From positions 8,442 to 72,441 of the forward strand of contig CAZPQW010000018.1 in assembly GCA_964588985.1 (NCBI GenBank): a stretch of 64,000 bases of DNA, in the 5' to 3' direction. The stretch is from an uncultured Solirubrobacteraceae bacterium. Lineage in GTDB: Bacteria; Actinomycetota; Thermoleophilia; Solirubrobacterales; Solirubrobacteraceae. A program made the translations under genes and the position numbers. Below, in pieces: positions 47,228 through 57,873 of this stretch; the stretch's first letter is position 1; every line of letters begins with the position of its first letter. The notes under the pieces were generated by a model. That model saw nothing but the letters and a program-made list of their open reading frames with translations. It made no database searches and had not been told where the DNA came from.

Positions 47228-48037
47228 GTGCACCGACGCCAACGAGCAGGAAGCGTGACCGCGACCGCGCTCGTCCTGTGCCTCGCCGCATGCGGCGGGA
47301 CCACCACGCCGGCGACCGCGCCGCAGCCCTCGGCCTTGACGTCTGTCGCCACCACGGCGAGCGCCGCCACGGGCTCGATGAGCCCGCCAGCGACGGAACC
47401 AGCCTCGAGCCCACCTGTCACCAACCCGCGGACCCCTGCCCCAATCCCCGCCTCACTTCCCCAGCGCCCGCCGATCGTCCAGGACCCGATTCCGTTCGGG
47501 GCAAAGCGCAAGGCCGAGATGGTGGCCTATGCGCAGCGGCACTACGGCCTCGACACCTATCGCCTGGTCGATCCGCACGTGATCGTGATCCACTTCACCG
47601 AGACGCCCGACTTCCAGTCGACGTTCAACACGTTCGCGCCCGACGTGCCCGACCCGGAGTTGCACGAGCTGCCGAACACGTGCGCGCACTTCGTGATCGA
47701 CAAAGATGGCACTATCCACCAGCTCGTCCCCTTGGGCGTCATGTGCCGCCACACGGTGGGGCTCAACTGGACCGCGATCGGCATCGAGCATGTCGGCTAC
47801 AGCGACGCCGAAGTGCTCGGAGACCACGCGCAGATGCGCTCGAGCCTGCGACTGGTCAGCTGGCTGCGCTGCCGCTTCCACATCGCCGTCGCCAACGTGA
47901 TCGGCCACAACGAGAGCCTCTCGAGCCCCTACCACCACGAGCGTGTGGCGCGCCTGCGGACGCAGACCCACAGCGACTTCAACCATGCGGACATGACGAT
48001 CTACCGCAAACGACTGCGGGAAAGCCGCTCCTGCTAG
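47228..48037 (+). CDS. N-acetylmuramoyl-L-alanine amidase (Amidase_2) lipoprotein
   Basis: LAAC lipobox; IVIHFT, AHFVID, IGIEH, IGHNE, HSD. Confidence 0.85.
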   Translation: MHRRQRAGSVTATALVLCLAACGGTTTPATAPQPSALTSVATTASAATGSMSPPATEPASSPPVTNPRTPAPIPASLPQRPPIVQDPIPFGAKRKAEMVAYAQRHYGLDTYRLVDPHVIVIHFTETPDFQSTFNTFAPDVPDPELHELPNTCAHFVIDKDGTIHQLVPLGVMCRHTVGLNWTAIGIEHVGYSDAEVLGDHAQMRSSLRLVSWLRCRFHIAVANVIGHNESLSSPYHHERVARLRTQTHSDFNHADMTIYRKRLRESRSC

Positions 48038-48066
48038 AGCACGCGACGTGAGAGGCTGTCACTCTC

Positions 48067-49566
48067 GTGGCGCTCACCCGCAGACCTAGCCTCCGTAGCA
48101 GTGCCGCGGCGGCGTTCGCCGGCGTCGTCGGCTATGACCTGCTCCAGCGTCGCCGCGCGATCCTGCGCAACTTCCCAATCGTCGGGCACATCCGCTACGC
48201 GCTCGAGGCCTTCGGACCGGAGCTGCGCCAGTACATCGTCACCTCCAACAACGAGGAGCGGCCGTTCTCGCGCGACCAGCGCCGGTGGATCGAGGCCTCA
48301 TCCGAAGGCAAGCCGAACGTGTTCGGCTTTGGAACCGATGACGAGATGGAGGCCGTCGAGAGCCTGCTGATCATCAAGCACTCCCCCTTCCCGGCGCCCG
48401 TACCGGCGATCGGAGATCCGGGCAGCGCGCCGCGCTTCGCGATCCCCGCGAGGAAGAGGCTCGGGGCACTGCATCGCAGACGCCACATCTTCACGCCCGA
48501 GTCGGTCGTGAACCTGTCGGGGATGAGCTACGGCGCCCTCTCGCCCGTCGCCGTCGAGTCCCTCAACCGCGGCGCGCAGCTCGCCGGATGCCTGCACAAC
48601 ACCGGAGAGGGCGGCCTCGCGCCCGCTCACTGCAACGGAGGCGAGCTGGTGTTCCAGATCGGCACCGGCTACTTCGGCTGCCGCGACGAGCACGGCCGCT
48701 TCAGCCTCGAGCGGCTGCGCGAGCGAGTCAGCCAAGCGCCGGTGCGCGCGATCGAGATCAAGCTCTCCCAGGGCGCAAAGCCCGGACTCGGAGGGCTGCT
48801 TCCCGGCGTCAAGGTCACTCCCGAGATCGCCGCCATCCGCTGCGTCCCCGCCGGCCAGGACTGCGTCAGCCCGCCCGCGCACTCCGCGTTCTCTGACGTG
48901 GACGGGCTGATCGAGTTCATCGAGGCGATCGCCCAGGACACGGGCCTGCCGGTGGGCGTCAAGTCCGCGGTCGGCGAGAGCGGCTTCTGGGAGACGCTCG
49001 CCGAGCGCATGGCAAGCACCGGCGGCGGCCCCGACTTCATCAGCGTCGACGGCGGCGAGGGTGGCACGGGCGCCGCGCCGCTCTCGTTCGCGGACCACGT
49101 CGCACTGCCCTTCAAGCTGGGCTTCGCCCGCGTCTACGCCACCTTCGCCCGCGCCGGCCTCGCCGAAGACGTCGTGTTCATCGGCTCGGGGCGCCTCGGG
49201 TTCCCGGACTCCGCGCTGTTCGCCTTCGCGCTGGGCTGCGACCTCATCAGCGTCGGACGCGAGGCGATGCTCGCGATCGGCTGCATCCAGGCCCAGCGCT
49301 GCCACACCGGACGCTGCCCCACCGGCATCGCCACGCAGTCGCGCTGGCTGATGCACGGACTCGACCCCGAGCTCAAGTCGAGCCGCGCCGCGAACTACAT
49401 CGTCGCGTTCCGCGCCGAGCTGCTCGCCCTCGCGCGCACGTGCGGGGTGCCGCATCCCGCGCTCGTCACGCCCGAGCACATCGAGGTCGTCTCCGAGCGC
49501 TACGGCACCGCGTCCCTCACCGACGTCTTTGGCTACGAGCCGAGCTGGCCGCTGCGCTCGGCCTGA
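48067..49566 (+). CDS. FMN-binding glutamate synthase family protein
   Basis: MSYGALS, NTGEGG, EIKLSQGAKPG, DGGEGGTGAAP, CIQAQRCHTGRCPTG. Confidence 0.92.
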   Translation: MALTRRPSLRSSAAAAFAGVVGYDLLQRRRAILRNFPIVGHIRYALEAFGPELRQYIVTSNNEERPFSRDQRRWIEASSEGKPNVFGFGTDDEMEAVESLLIIKHSPFPAPVPAIGDPGSAPRFAIPARKRLGALHRRRHIFTPESVVNLSGMSYGALSPVAVESLNRGAQLAGCLHNTGEGGLAPAHCNGGELVFQIGTGYFGCRDEHGRFSLERLRERVSQAPVRAIEIKLSQGAKPGLGGLLPGVKVTPEIAAIRCVPAGQDCVSPPAHSAFSDVDGLIEFIEAIAQDTGLPVGVKSAVGESGFWETLAERMASTGGGPDFISVDGGEGGTGAAPLSFADHVALPFKLGFARVYATFARAGLAEDVVFIGSGRLGFPDSALFAFALGCDLISVGREAMLAIGCIQAQRCHTGRCPTGIATQSRWLMHGLDPELKSSRAANYIVAFRAELLALARTCGVPHPALVTPEHIEVVSERYGTASLTDVFGYEPSWPLRSA

Positions 49567-51011
49567 GGCGCAAGCTTCGCCATCGCGGCGAGCTCGCGCT
49601 GCAGGCGCACGATGATCGACTGCGGGTCGGGCACCAGCCGGGCGTGGACGAGCAGGCCGACGCTCACCTCGCCTCGGTAGCTGAAGATGCTCACGCTCAT
49701 GCCCACGCTGCCGGCGGTCGGCGCCCACACGAGCACCGCGCGCAGCGGCGTGCCGGCGAGGTAGACCGTCTCGCGCGGGCCGGGAACGTTGGTCATCACC
49801 GCTGTGGCCTTCGCGGTGAAGATGTCCACGATCCGGCTCTCGATCGCCGGCGGGGTCAGCCCGACCGCCTCGAGCACCGCGTAGGAAACGGGACCCTCAG
49901 GCGAGTGCTTGATCTCGTCCATGCGCAGCTTCAGCTCGTGCAGGCGCTCGCGGCGACTCGAGCGGTCGACCGGCAGCGTCAGGAAGACGAGGCCGAAGCG
50001 GTTGCCCAGCTCGCGCGGCACGGGCTCCCCGGCGGGCCGCAGGTTGTACGGCACCATCGTGCGAATCTCATGCGGCTCTTCACCACGGGCGATCAGGTAG
50101 CCGCGCAGCGCGCCGCTCACCGCGGCGAGCAGCACGTCGTTGACGGTCGCCCCCTGCGCGTGCGCGATCGCCTTTACCTCCTCGAGCGCCAGCGGCTTGC
50201 TCCACGTCACACCTCGCGCCGCGCCGAGGTCGCGCTTGAGCACGCTCGGGGTGTCGCCCGGCGTGAACAGAAGCTTCGCAAGGGCCTGGGCGTCGGCCGC
50301 GAGGCGATCGGCGAGCTCGAGCGCGTGGCGCGGTTCGACGATCGCTTCGACGCCCTCGTGCGCGACCGCGCGCGTGAGCCGGCTCGTCATCGACGCGACG
50401 CTCACCGCCGGAGCGACCACCGACGAGAGCACGTCCCCCGCCGCCGCCAGCGGCGCATCGACGGCCGCTCGCAGTTTCGAGCGCGGGTACGGCGGAGCCT
50501 GCGGTCGCCCCTCTTCCAGCTTGGTCCCCGGCTCGGGGTCTGTGAGCGAGAGCATCACCTGCGCGAGCGCGATCCCGTCCGCGATGCAGTGGTGCATGCG
50601 CACGATCACCGCGCACCCAGGCGCGGGACCGTCGATCAGGTACATGTCCCACAACGGCTTGTCGCGGTCCAGCGGGATCGACGCCAGGTCGCCCGCGAGC
50701 GCCTCGAGGGTCGTCTCGTCGCCCGGATCCGGCAGGCCGCGACGGTGCATGTGGCGGGCGATGTCGAAGTCGGCATCTGGCTCCCAGTGCGGTCCGCCCA
50801 GCGCCATCCGACTCTCCACGACGCGTTCGCGGAATCGAGGGTAGGCGTCGACGAGACGCGTGCGCACCACATCGGTGAGCGCGTCCCAGTCGAGCGGCTC
50901 GTCGAACAGCAGCACCGAGTTGATCACCATCAGGTTCGTCGGACGGTCCATGTGCAGCCACGCCGCGTCGGCGCTGGACATGTGACTGTGCGCGACGCTC
51001 ACGCTCGCCAT
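49533..51011 (-). CDS. wax ester synthase/diacylglycerol acyltransferase
   Basis: DAAWL, PLW, HHCIADG, TVNDV, TNVPGP. Confidence 0.92.
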   Translation of the reverse strand: MASVSVAHSHMSSADAAWLHMDRPTNLMVINSVLLFDEPLDWDALTDVVRTRLVDAYPRFRERVVESRMALGGPHWEPDADFDIARHMHRRGLPDPGDETTLEALAGDLASIPLDRDKPLWDMYLIDGPAPGCAVIVRMHHCIADGIALAQVMLSLTDPEPGTKLEEGRPQAPPYPRSKLRAAVDAPLAAAGDVLSSVVAPAVSVASMTSRLTRAVAHEGVEAIVEPRHALELADRLAADAQALAKLLFTPGDTPSVLKRDLGAARGVTWSKPLALEEVKAIAHAQGATVNDVLLAAVSGALRGYLIARGEEPHEIRTMVPYNLRPAGEPVPRELGNRFGLVFLTLPVDRSSRRERLHELKLRMDEIKHSPEGPVSYAVLEAVGLTPPAIESRIVDIFTAKATAVMTNVPGPRETVYLAGTPLRAVLVWAPTAGSVGMSVSIFSYRGEVSVGLLVHARLVPDPQSIIVRLQRELAAMAKLAPQAERSGQLGS

Positions 51012-51018
51012 CGAGCCC

Positions 51019-52836
51019 TCACTCCGGCTCGGAGTAGAGCGCGACGAAGAAGTCCGCGTAACGCTCGTACACGACCGCACGCTTCACCTTGAGCGTGGGT
51101 GTGAGCTCGCCCTCGGCCTGTGTGAGGTCGTGGTCGAGCACGCCGAAGCGCTTCACCTGCTCGATGCGAGCGAAGCGCGCGTTGGCGGCGTCGACATCGG
51201 CCTGCAGGATCTCGAGCACGCCCGGGTCCTTCGCCATGCTCGCGCGGTCATCGGAGATCCCGAGCTGCTTGGCGAGCTTCGGCGCCTCGTCGGCGTCGAG
51301 CGTGAGCATGCACACGAGGTAGGAGCGCCGGTCGCCGAACACCACAGCCTCGGCGATCCAGCGGGTCTCGCGCAGCGCGTTCTCGATGTTCACCGGGGTG
51401 ATGTTCTTGCCGCTCGAGGTGATGATCAGGTCCTTCTTACGGCCGGTGAGCGTGAGATAGCCGGCTGGCGAGACCGCTCCGATGTCGCCGGAGTACAGCC
51501 AGCCGTCGATCAGGGTCTCGGTGGTCGCCTTGGGATCGCGGTGGTAGCCGGCGAACACCTGTGGCCCGCGCAGCATCACCTCGCCCTCCTCGGTGACCAT
51601 CACTTCGCTGCCCGGCAGCGCTCGCCCGACGGAGCCGAACACGGGTGCGTTGGGCGGATTCAGTGTGGCGGTCGCGCAGCTCTCGGTCATGCCGTAGCCC
51701 TCCAGCACGACCACGCCGCACGCGTCGAAGAACTCGAGCAGCTCGTGGTCGATCGGCGCGGCGCCCACCATCGCGAGCTTCAGACGGGGGCCGAACAGCG
51801 AGCGCACCTTTGCCAGGGCGACGCGATCGGCGATCCTGAGCCGCAGGCTCGCCAACGGTCCGGGGCGCTTGCCGGCGCGCTCGGCGGTGCGCGCGCGACG
51901 CCCGACCTCGAGCGCCCACGCGAACATCAGCCGCGCGGGCGGGCCGCCGCCCTCGACCGCGCTGACGATGCCGGTGTGCAGCTTCTCGTAGATGCGAGGA
52001 ACCGCGACGAAGTGGGTCGGCTCGGATTCGGCGACCTCCTCGATGATCCGCTTGGGGTCGCCGCGCCAGTAGACGAGCGTTCCGCCGACGTCGAGCACGA
52101 CCATCTGCGCGACGCGCGCGAGCACGTGCGCGAGCGGCAGGAACATGTAGATAACCGGCTGGATGTCGTCGAGTTCGAGCTGCCCTCGATACATCGTCGT
52201 GGCCGCGAGGAAGTTCGCGTGTGTGAGCATGCAGCCCTTCGGCGGGCCGGTCGTCCCGGAGGTGTACACGAGCGTCGCCACGTCGTCCGGCTCGACCGCG
52301 CGCACCCGCCGCTCGATCTCCTCCTCGTCCACCTCCCCACTCCTCTCACACAGCTCCGCGAGCGTGATCGCGCCGTTGGCCTCGCCGTCGATCACCACCA
52401 CGTGCTCCAGGCGCGGACACTGGGCGCGGATCCGCTCGATCTTCGCCACCTGCGCCGCGTCCTCGCAGAACACCAGGCGTGCCTCGGAGTGCGAGAGCAC
52501 GTGCCGGCACTCCTCGGGCGAGTTGGTGTTGTAGATCGGCGCGACGACGGTCGCGGCGCATAGCGCGCCGGCCTCGCAGGTCGTCCAGTCGGCGCGGGTC
52601 GAGCAGAGGATCGAGACGACCTCGCCCGACTCGATACCCAGCGCGATCAGGCCACGGGCGATCTCTCGCGCTCGATCCCCGAGCTCGCGGTAGGTGATCG
52701 ACTGGAAACCCGCCGCGCCGGCGTGGCGCAGCGCGACGTCCTCACCACGCTCGGACGCCGAGAGAATCATGCGTCCGAGCGTGGTGGCGCCGGTGATGCG
52801 CTCGGCGACCGGGCGTAGTGCAGTGGTCGTGGCCAT
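51019..52836 (-). CDS. long-chain fatty acid--CoA ligase
   Basis: YTSGTTGPPKG, LPLAH, EGYGMTE, SGDIG, GRKKD, TPTLKVKR. Confidence 0.92.
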   Translation of the reverse strand: MATTTALRPVAERITGATTLGRMILSASERGEDVALRHAGAAGFQSITYRELGDRAREIARGLIALGIESGEVVSILCSTRADWTTCEAGALCAATVVAPIYNTNSPEECRHVLSHSEARLVFCEDAAQVAKIERIRAQCPRLEHVVVIDGEANGAITLAELCERSGEVDEEEIERRVRAVEPDDVATLVYTSGTTGPPKGCMLTHANFLAATTMYRGQLELDDIQPVIYMFLPLAHVLARVAQMVVLDVGGTLVYWRGDPKRIIEEVAESEPTHFVAVPRIYEKLHTGIVSAVEGGGPPARLMFAWALEVGRRARTAERAGKRPGPLASLRLRIADRVALAKVRSLFGPRLKLAMVGAAPIDHELLEFFDACGVVVLEGYGMTESCATATLNPPNAPVFGSVGRALPGSEVMVTEEGEVMLRGPQVFAGYHRDPKATTETLIDGWLYSGDIGAVSPAGYLTLTGRKKDLIITSSGKNITPVNIENALRETRWIAEAVVFGDRRSYLVCMLTLDADEAPKLAKQLGISDDRASMAKDPGVLEILQADVDAANARFARIEQVKRFGVLDHDLTQAEGELTPTLKVKRAVVYERYADFFVALYSEPE

Positions 52837-52851
52837 CACCGTTCTCCTAGC

Positions 52852-53544
52852 TCACTTGCTGCATTTCGAGGAGCTTGGGACTGTGAGCGTCGCTCCCGTT
52901 TGGTAGACGAAGCTGGACTTCACCGTGAACTTGCCCGCTTTGCACTTACCGGCCGTGATGAAGGCCTTCTTGCCGTGGCCGATCGTCTTGACATTCAGGG
53001 TGAGCGAGGTGATCACGACGTTCAGCCCGCCCGCGTTGATCACGGGCACTTCGGTTTTCACCTTGTTCGCCGAGACCTTGCCGTAGAGGATGATGCGCTG
53101 GCCGGTGGGGCCTGTTTTGTCAAGCAGGAAGATGATCTGGTTCTTGCCCGCGAACGCAGTCACGCTCTCGGGGATGATCGGCAGCACCGGCGCCCCGTTG
53201 GCGACACCGCTTCCCGAGCCGATCTTGCTCTTGGCGGGACAGGCGCTGCTTCCGAGCGCCTTGAGTTCTTCCTCGCTCGCCTTGCACTGCTTGATCGCCG
53301 AGCTCTTGAAGTTGAACTTGGTTGCGGTCGGCAGGGTGATGGTGAGCGTCTTCAACCCCTGTGGCTGCATGGCGCCGGGGTCGGTCGACAGCAGGGCGGC
53401 TTTCAAGCCCGTTGGCTTGCCGGCCTTCACCGCTGTGAGGGCGACGTTCGCGGTCTGGGTGAACTGCGCGCTTGCATAGGCGAGGCTCGCGATGCTCAGC
53501 ATCCCGACGGCCAGCAGCGCGGCTGTGAACTTGAGCGTTCTCAT
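52852..53544 (-). CDS. secreted Lys-rich beta protein
   Basis: Signal peptide; CP.KSKIGSG; ATGA-coupled to the MMPL gene. Confidence 0.7.
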   Translation of the reverse strand: MRTLKFTAALLAVGMLSIASLAYASAQFTQTANVALTAVKAGKPTGLKAALLSTDPGAMQPQGLKTLTITLPTATKFNFKSSAIKQCKASEEELKALGSSACPAKSKIGSGSGVANGAPVLPIIPESVTAFAGKNQIIFLLDKTGPTGQRIILYGKVSANKVKTEVPVINAGGLNVVITSLTLNVKTIGHGKKAFITAGKCKAGKFTVKSSFVYQTGATLTVPSSSKCSK

Positions 53545-56500
53545 TGGATCGTCTCCTTGGTGCGTTCTGGCGGATTCGCGCTCGGCGGTGAATTCGTACC
53601 GGTGGAGTGCATTGGGGCGACACTACGGCCGTCGCCGTTGGGGGTCATCGGGGTGCTCTGCGGCTCCGGGGTCAGTAGTTCAATGCGGCCGGGACGGGTC
53701 GGCCACCACGCGCGGCGCCCGAGCGCCTCGACGGCGGCCGGAAGCAACACGGGCCTCACGAGGAACGCGTCGAGCCCGACGGCGATCGCCACCCCGACGC
53801 CGAACTCGCGCACCGTCAAGAGACCGCTCGTCGCGAACGGGATGGCCACGGCGATCATCAGCAGGCCCGCACCGGTGCTCGCGGCGGCCGTCGCGCGCAG
53901 GGCGACGTCGAGCGCGTGGTCCACATCCGCGCCGAGCACGAGCTCCTCACGGGTGCGTGCGAGCAGCACCACGAGGAACACGAGCGAGATGCCGAAGATC
54001 GCGGTGAAGATCCCGACGATCGACATCGGGTCGATGTAGCCGGGTCCGCCGAGCGGCGGGTTGGAGCCGCCGAACAGCAGCTCCATCGCGCCGAACGTCG
54101 CAGCGGCGGTGAGCAGGTTGAAGGCGACCGCGACGATCGGCAGCAGCACCGCCCGCAGGGCGAGGCCGAGGGTCAGCGCGATCGCGAGGGCGAGCGCGAC
54201 GATCACCCACGGCAGGCGCGCGTTGGTGGCGCTGGTGAAGTTGGCGAGGTTGCCCGCCGGGCCGCCGACCGCCACCTCGAGGTGGCTGCGTGCGGCGAAG
54301 CGCTTTGCGAGCACGTCGAGTCGTTCGCCGAGCTGGGCCGTACGGGAGGAGCTCGAGGGGTAGCGCGAGACGACCACGATCTGTCCGGCGTTGCCGCCGC
54401 GCCCGACGTTGAGGGCGAACCCGGCCGCGTTGCTGCTCGCGGGCGGCGCACCGGCGATCGCGGCGAGCAGGAAGTAGCCGGAGTTGAACAGGCCGGGCGA
54501 TTTTTCGCCGAGTTCTTCGAGGCCCTTCGGCGAGGGCAGCGAGCGGCGGAACTTCGCCACGCTCGACTGCATCACGCCGAGGCCGTTGACGAGCCGTCCC
54601 GTCGGGGAGATCCCGCCCGCGAGGCCGCTTTCCAGCTGGCCCGTGCCGCTCGTAAGCTGCCCGAGGCCCGCTTCGAGCGAGCCCGCGCCGTCGCGGAGCT
54701 TCGTGAGTCCCGCGGTCAGCTGTGAGCCTCCTCCGGAGAGCGCGCCGATGCCCGTGGCGAGCTGGGAGTTGCCCTTGCGGAGCTTCGCGAGGCCCGCCTG
54801 CAGCTTCGCCGCGCCGGTGCGCAGTTCTCCGAGCGCTCGCGCCAGGAACGAGCCCTGCGTGGCGGAGCCGCTCGCGATCCCGGCCGCGCCCTTGGCGGCG
54901 GGAATGGCGCCGGTGAGACCGCTGGAGAGCGTGCCGAGCGTGCCGCTCGCGTGTTCGAGCGCGGAGAGGGTTTCGCCGTAGCGAGGGTCGCTCTTGCCGG
55001 CGCTCATGCCGCGCAGCGCTTCGAGCGCGCCGGAGAGATCGCCGGACGCGCTCTGGGCCTGGCCCTGGAGGCTGCCGAGCGCTTCGCTCGTGCTCGCGGT
55101 CAGCCCCGCGAGTTGCTTGAGCGAGGGCAGGCCCGCGGCGACCGGCGCGTGGGCCGAGCCGATCCCGTTGGTGAGTTCGATCGAGCCGGCGAGGGCCTGC
55201 GTCGCGCCGGCCTTGAGCGCGTTGGCGCCACTCAACGCCTGACCGAGGCCCGTTGAGAGCTGCGCCGAGCCGCTACGTGCGGCGGCAAGTCCGGCGTGCA
55301 GCTGCGCGGATCCGCTCGCCGCGGCGCCCGAGCCGCTGTGCAGCTGGCCGGCGCCAGCGCTCGCCGACTGCAGGCCGCCCTGCAGTTGCTTGGCGCCGCT
55401 GCCGGCTTCCCCGAGACCGTTGACGAGGCGCTGCAGGTCGCTCTTGCCGCCGGTCAGCAGCTTGCTCGATTCCTTCAGCTGGCCTGGGAGCGTGCCGAGC
55501 GGCTTCGTTTCCTTGCTCAGGCCGCCTGGTCCCGCGACGGAGGCCACGCGACGGTCGCTCGCGATCTGTTCCTGCAGTTGATCGAGCTTTTCGAGGGTCG
55601 CTGCGGTCGTGATCGGGCCATTGCGGCTCGAGACGATCAGGTTGTATGGGGTCGGCCAGCCGGGACCCATGACTCGGGCGACCTCCTCGAAGGACTGCCG
55701 CGCCTGGTTGCCCTTGGGCAGCTGGCTGACGTCTGGCGGCCCGGTCTTCAGCGACAGCGCGGGGATCGCGAGGGCGAGCAGCGCGGCTGTGGCGAGGGCG
55801 CCCGCGATCACCGCCCGGTGCCTGACCCACGCGCCCGCGCCGACGAGCCGGTCCCAGTCGCGTGTGACGAGCGCCGGCGCCGAGACGCGCGCTCGGATGA
55901 CGTCGCGACCGAACAGGGCGAGCGCGGCTGGCATCACGACGACGGCGCCGCCGACCGCGAGCGCCGAGCAGAGCAGCACGCCGACTCCGAGCGAGGTGAG
56001 GATCTTCGTGGGCGCGATGGCGGTGGCGAGCAGCAACGCGAGGATCAGGCCCGTGCCCGCGAACAGCACCGCCCGACCGGCGGTCGCCACGGCCGTCGAG
56101 AGGGCGTCTGTGGTGTCGAGCGAGTCAGCGTCCGCACGCCGCGTCTGGCGGTGGAGGCGGTCGAGGATCAGCAGCGAGTATCCGACTCCGAGGGCGAGCC
56201 CCGTCATCGACGCGAGCGCGACCGCGATCGGATCGACTTCGATCACGCGGCCCAGCAGCGCCATCAAGCCGTAGGCGGAAAGCACGGTGCCGGCGCCGAC
56301 GAGCGTCACGATCGCGGCGGCGAGCGGCGCGCGCAGAGCGACCAGCAGCAGCAGGAAGAGGATCCCGACGGCGATCAGCTCCGATCGCAGAGTCGTGCTC
56401 AGCGCCTGATCCTTGAGAGCGCGGTCGATCGACGGCTGGCCCGTCACGCTCGCGTGCAGCGGGCTCGTGACGTCGCGTGCCACCAGCCGTTCGATCGCGG

Positions 56501-56903
56501 GCTGGTCCTGGTTGACGACATCCTTTTCGGGGCGGTCGACCGAGACGACGATCATCGCCGCGCTCGCCGACGGGCGCAGTCCCTGCGAGGCGGAGCCGGC
56601 GTCCCACGCGGAGAGCGCGCGCGTGTGCGAACGCCTGACGAGATCGCGCACGAGGCGCGGGCCCTCGCGATTGAGCTGAGCGCTCGGCCCCTCCAACAAA
56701 ATCGGCACCAGCTGCGTCGGCCCGAACTGCGCGTTCGCGAGCTGCTGTGCGCGCGAGGACTCCGTTCCCGGCACGACCACGATCGACGGCGAGAGCGAGT
56801 GCGACACGCCCAGCCCGATCAGGCTCAACGCGACCGCGACGAGGCCCCATGCGAGCAGTGCTGCTTTCGGGCGTGCGATCGAGAGTCGAGCCAGTCGGAA
56901 CAT
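53541..56903 (-). CDS. MMPL (RND) family transporter with a long Gly/Leu heptad insert
   Basis: Two TM bundles; xxxLxxG heptad repeats; DAFLVRPVLLPA..WWP. Confidence 0.88.
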   Translation of the reverse strand: MFRLARLSIARPKAALLAWGLVAVALSLIGLGVSHSLSPSIVVVPGTESSRAQQLANAQFGPTQLVPILLEGPSAQLNREGPRLVRDLVRRSHTRALSAWDAGSASQGLRPSASAAMIVVSVDRPEKDVVNQDQPAIERLVARDVTSPLHASVTGQPSIDRALKDQALSTTLRSELIAVGILFLLLLVALRAPLAAAIVTLVGAGTVLSAYGLMALLGRVIEVDPIAVALASMTGLALGVGYSLLILDRLHRQTRRADADSLDTTDALSTAVATAGRAVLFAGTGLILALLLATAIAPTKILTSLGVGVLLCSALAVGGAVVVMPAALALFGRDVIRARVSAPALVTRDWDRLVGAGAWVRHRAVIAGALATAALLALAIPALSLKTGPPDVSQLPKGNQARQSFEEVARVMGPGWPTPYNLIVSSRNGPITTAATLEKLDQLQEQIASDRRVASVAGPGGLSKETKPLGTLPGQLKESSKLLTGGKSDLQRLVNGLGEAGSGAKQLQGGLQSASAGAGQLHSGSGAAASGSAQLHAGLAAARSGSAQLSTGLGQALSGANALKAGATQALAGSIELTNGIGSAHAPVAAGLPSLKQLAGLTASTSEALGSLQGQAQSASGDLSGALEALRGMSAGKSDPRYGETLSALEHASGTLGTLSSGLTGAIPAAKGAAGIASGSATQGSFLARALGELRTGAAKLQAGLAKLRKGNSQLATGIGALSGGGSQLTAGLTKLRDGAGSLEAGLGQLTSGTGQLESGLAGGISPTGRLVNGLGVMQSSVAKFRRSLPSPKGLEELGEKSPGLFNSGYFLLAAIAGAPPASSNAAGFALNVGRGGNAGQIVVVSRYPSSSSRTAQLGERLDVLAKRFAARSHLEVAVGGPAGNLANFTSATNARLPWVIVALALAIALTLGLALRAVLLPIVAVAFNLLTAAATFGAMELLFGGSNPPLGGPGYIDPMSIVGIFTAIFGISLVFLVVLLARTREELVLGADVDHALDVALRATAAASTGAGLLMIAVAIPFATSGLLTVREFGVGVAIAVGLDAFLVRPVLLPAAVEALGRRAWWPTRPGRIELLTPEPQSTPMTPNGDGRSVAPMHSTGTNSPPSANPPERTKETIQ

Positions 56904-57051
56904 GTCCAAAAGCTAAATCCCATGCACTCAGCCGACATCCGGGAGAGTTGCGGTCGCTCGTAGGTAGTTATCGGCGAGCTTCGCCGTCGAGACGTCGGCC
57001 TGGATGGGCTAGGGTCTGTGTGGTCGTTCAATCCAACTTCGGAGGCTCCGC

Positions 57052-57501
57052 GTGGCAAACCTGGGCGGCAGCGCAAGCGTCGAGATCGATGCCCCGATCG
57101 AGGAGGTCTGGGAGGCGGTCGAGGACGTGCTCACAGCACCCGACTGGCAGGGCGGCCTCGACAAGATCACCGCGATCGAGCACGACGACGCGGGACGCCC
57201 AACGCTCGTGGAGACCGAGAACGACATCAAGGTCCGACGGATCAAGGCGCACGTCCGCTTCAGCTACGAGGCACCCGTGCGCCTCTCCTGGACGCAGGAG
57301 AAGGGCGACATGAAGTCGGTCGAGGGCGCGTGGGATCTCGAGGATCTCGGCGAGGGCCGCACGCGTGCGACGTACACGCTCGACGCGGATCCCGGGCGCG
57401 TGCTGGGACTGATCATCCGCGGGCCCGTGGAGGCCGCGACTCGAGCGCTGTTCGTCAACGGGCGCCCCGGCGAGCTGCAGCGACGCGTCACCGGGGCCTG
57501 A
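57052..57501 (+). CDS. SRPBCC/START-like lipid-binding protein
   Basis: EIDAPIEEVW..PDWQ..GDMKSVEGAWDL. Confidence 0.85.
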   Translation: MANLGGSASVEIDAPIEEVWEAVEDVLTAPDWQGGLDKITAIEHDDAGRPTLVETENDIKVRRIKAHVRFSYEAPVRLSWTQEKGDMKSVEGAWDLEDLGEGRTRATYTLDADPGRVLGLIIRGPVEAATRALFVNGRPGELQRRVTGA

Positions 57502-57505
57502 ACGC

Positions 57506-57826
57506 TCAGGAAGACCGCTTCTTCGGTTTCCGCTTGACCCCAGCGGCGGCCTTCGCCAGGTCTGTCGGCTGACGCAGCGCACCGACCGTCCACTCGAAGC
57601 GCTCGGCCTGGTGCTTCATCAGAGCGGCCGTCTCCTCCAGCGCGCGCCCCGCCGACTCGAGTGCTTCGGCCTGCCGGCGCAGCGTCACGCCCGTTTCCTC
57701 GAGCAGGTCGAAGACCGCGTCAACCGGCGCGACCACGCGCGCGGCCAGATCGCCCTGCAGCTTGCGCTCGCGCTCGACGAGCTCCTGCACGAGCTTGGGC
57801 AGATCGTGGATGTTGAACTCGGGCAT
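57506..57826 (-). CDS. small coiled-coil protein with basic tail
   Basis: Amphipathic helices; C-terminal KRKPKKR. Confidence 0.65.
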   Translation of the reverse strand: MPEFNIHDLPKLVQELVERERKLQGDLAARVVAPVDAVFDLLEETGVTLRRQAEALESAGRALEETAALMKHQAERFEWTVGALRQPTDLAKAAAGVKRKPKKRSS

Positions 57827-57873
57827 CGGTATCGGAAGCTAGCAGCGGCAGGCCCCGACAGTAGACTGCGCTC

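Noticed and set aside
54600-55440. Gly/Ala/Leu repeats in the MMPL gene as a separate repeat element
   Set aside because: Protein-level heptad repeats of a kind known in MMPL/YhgE-type proteins.
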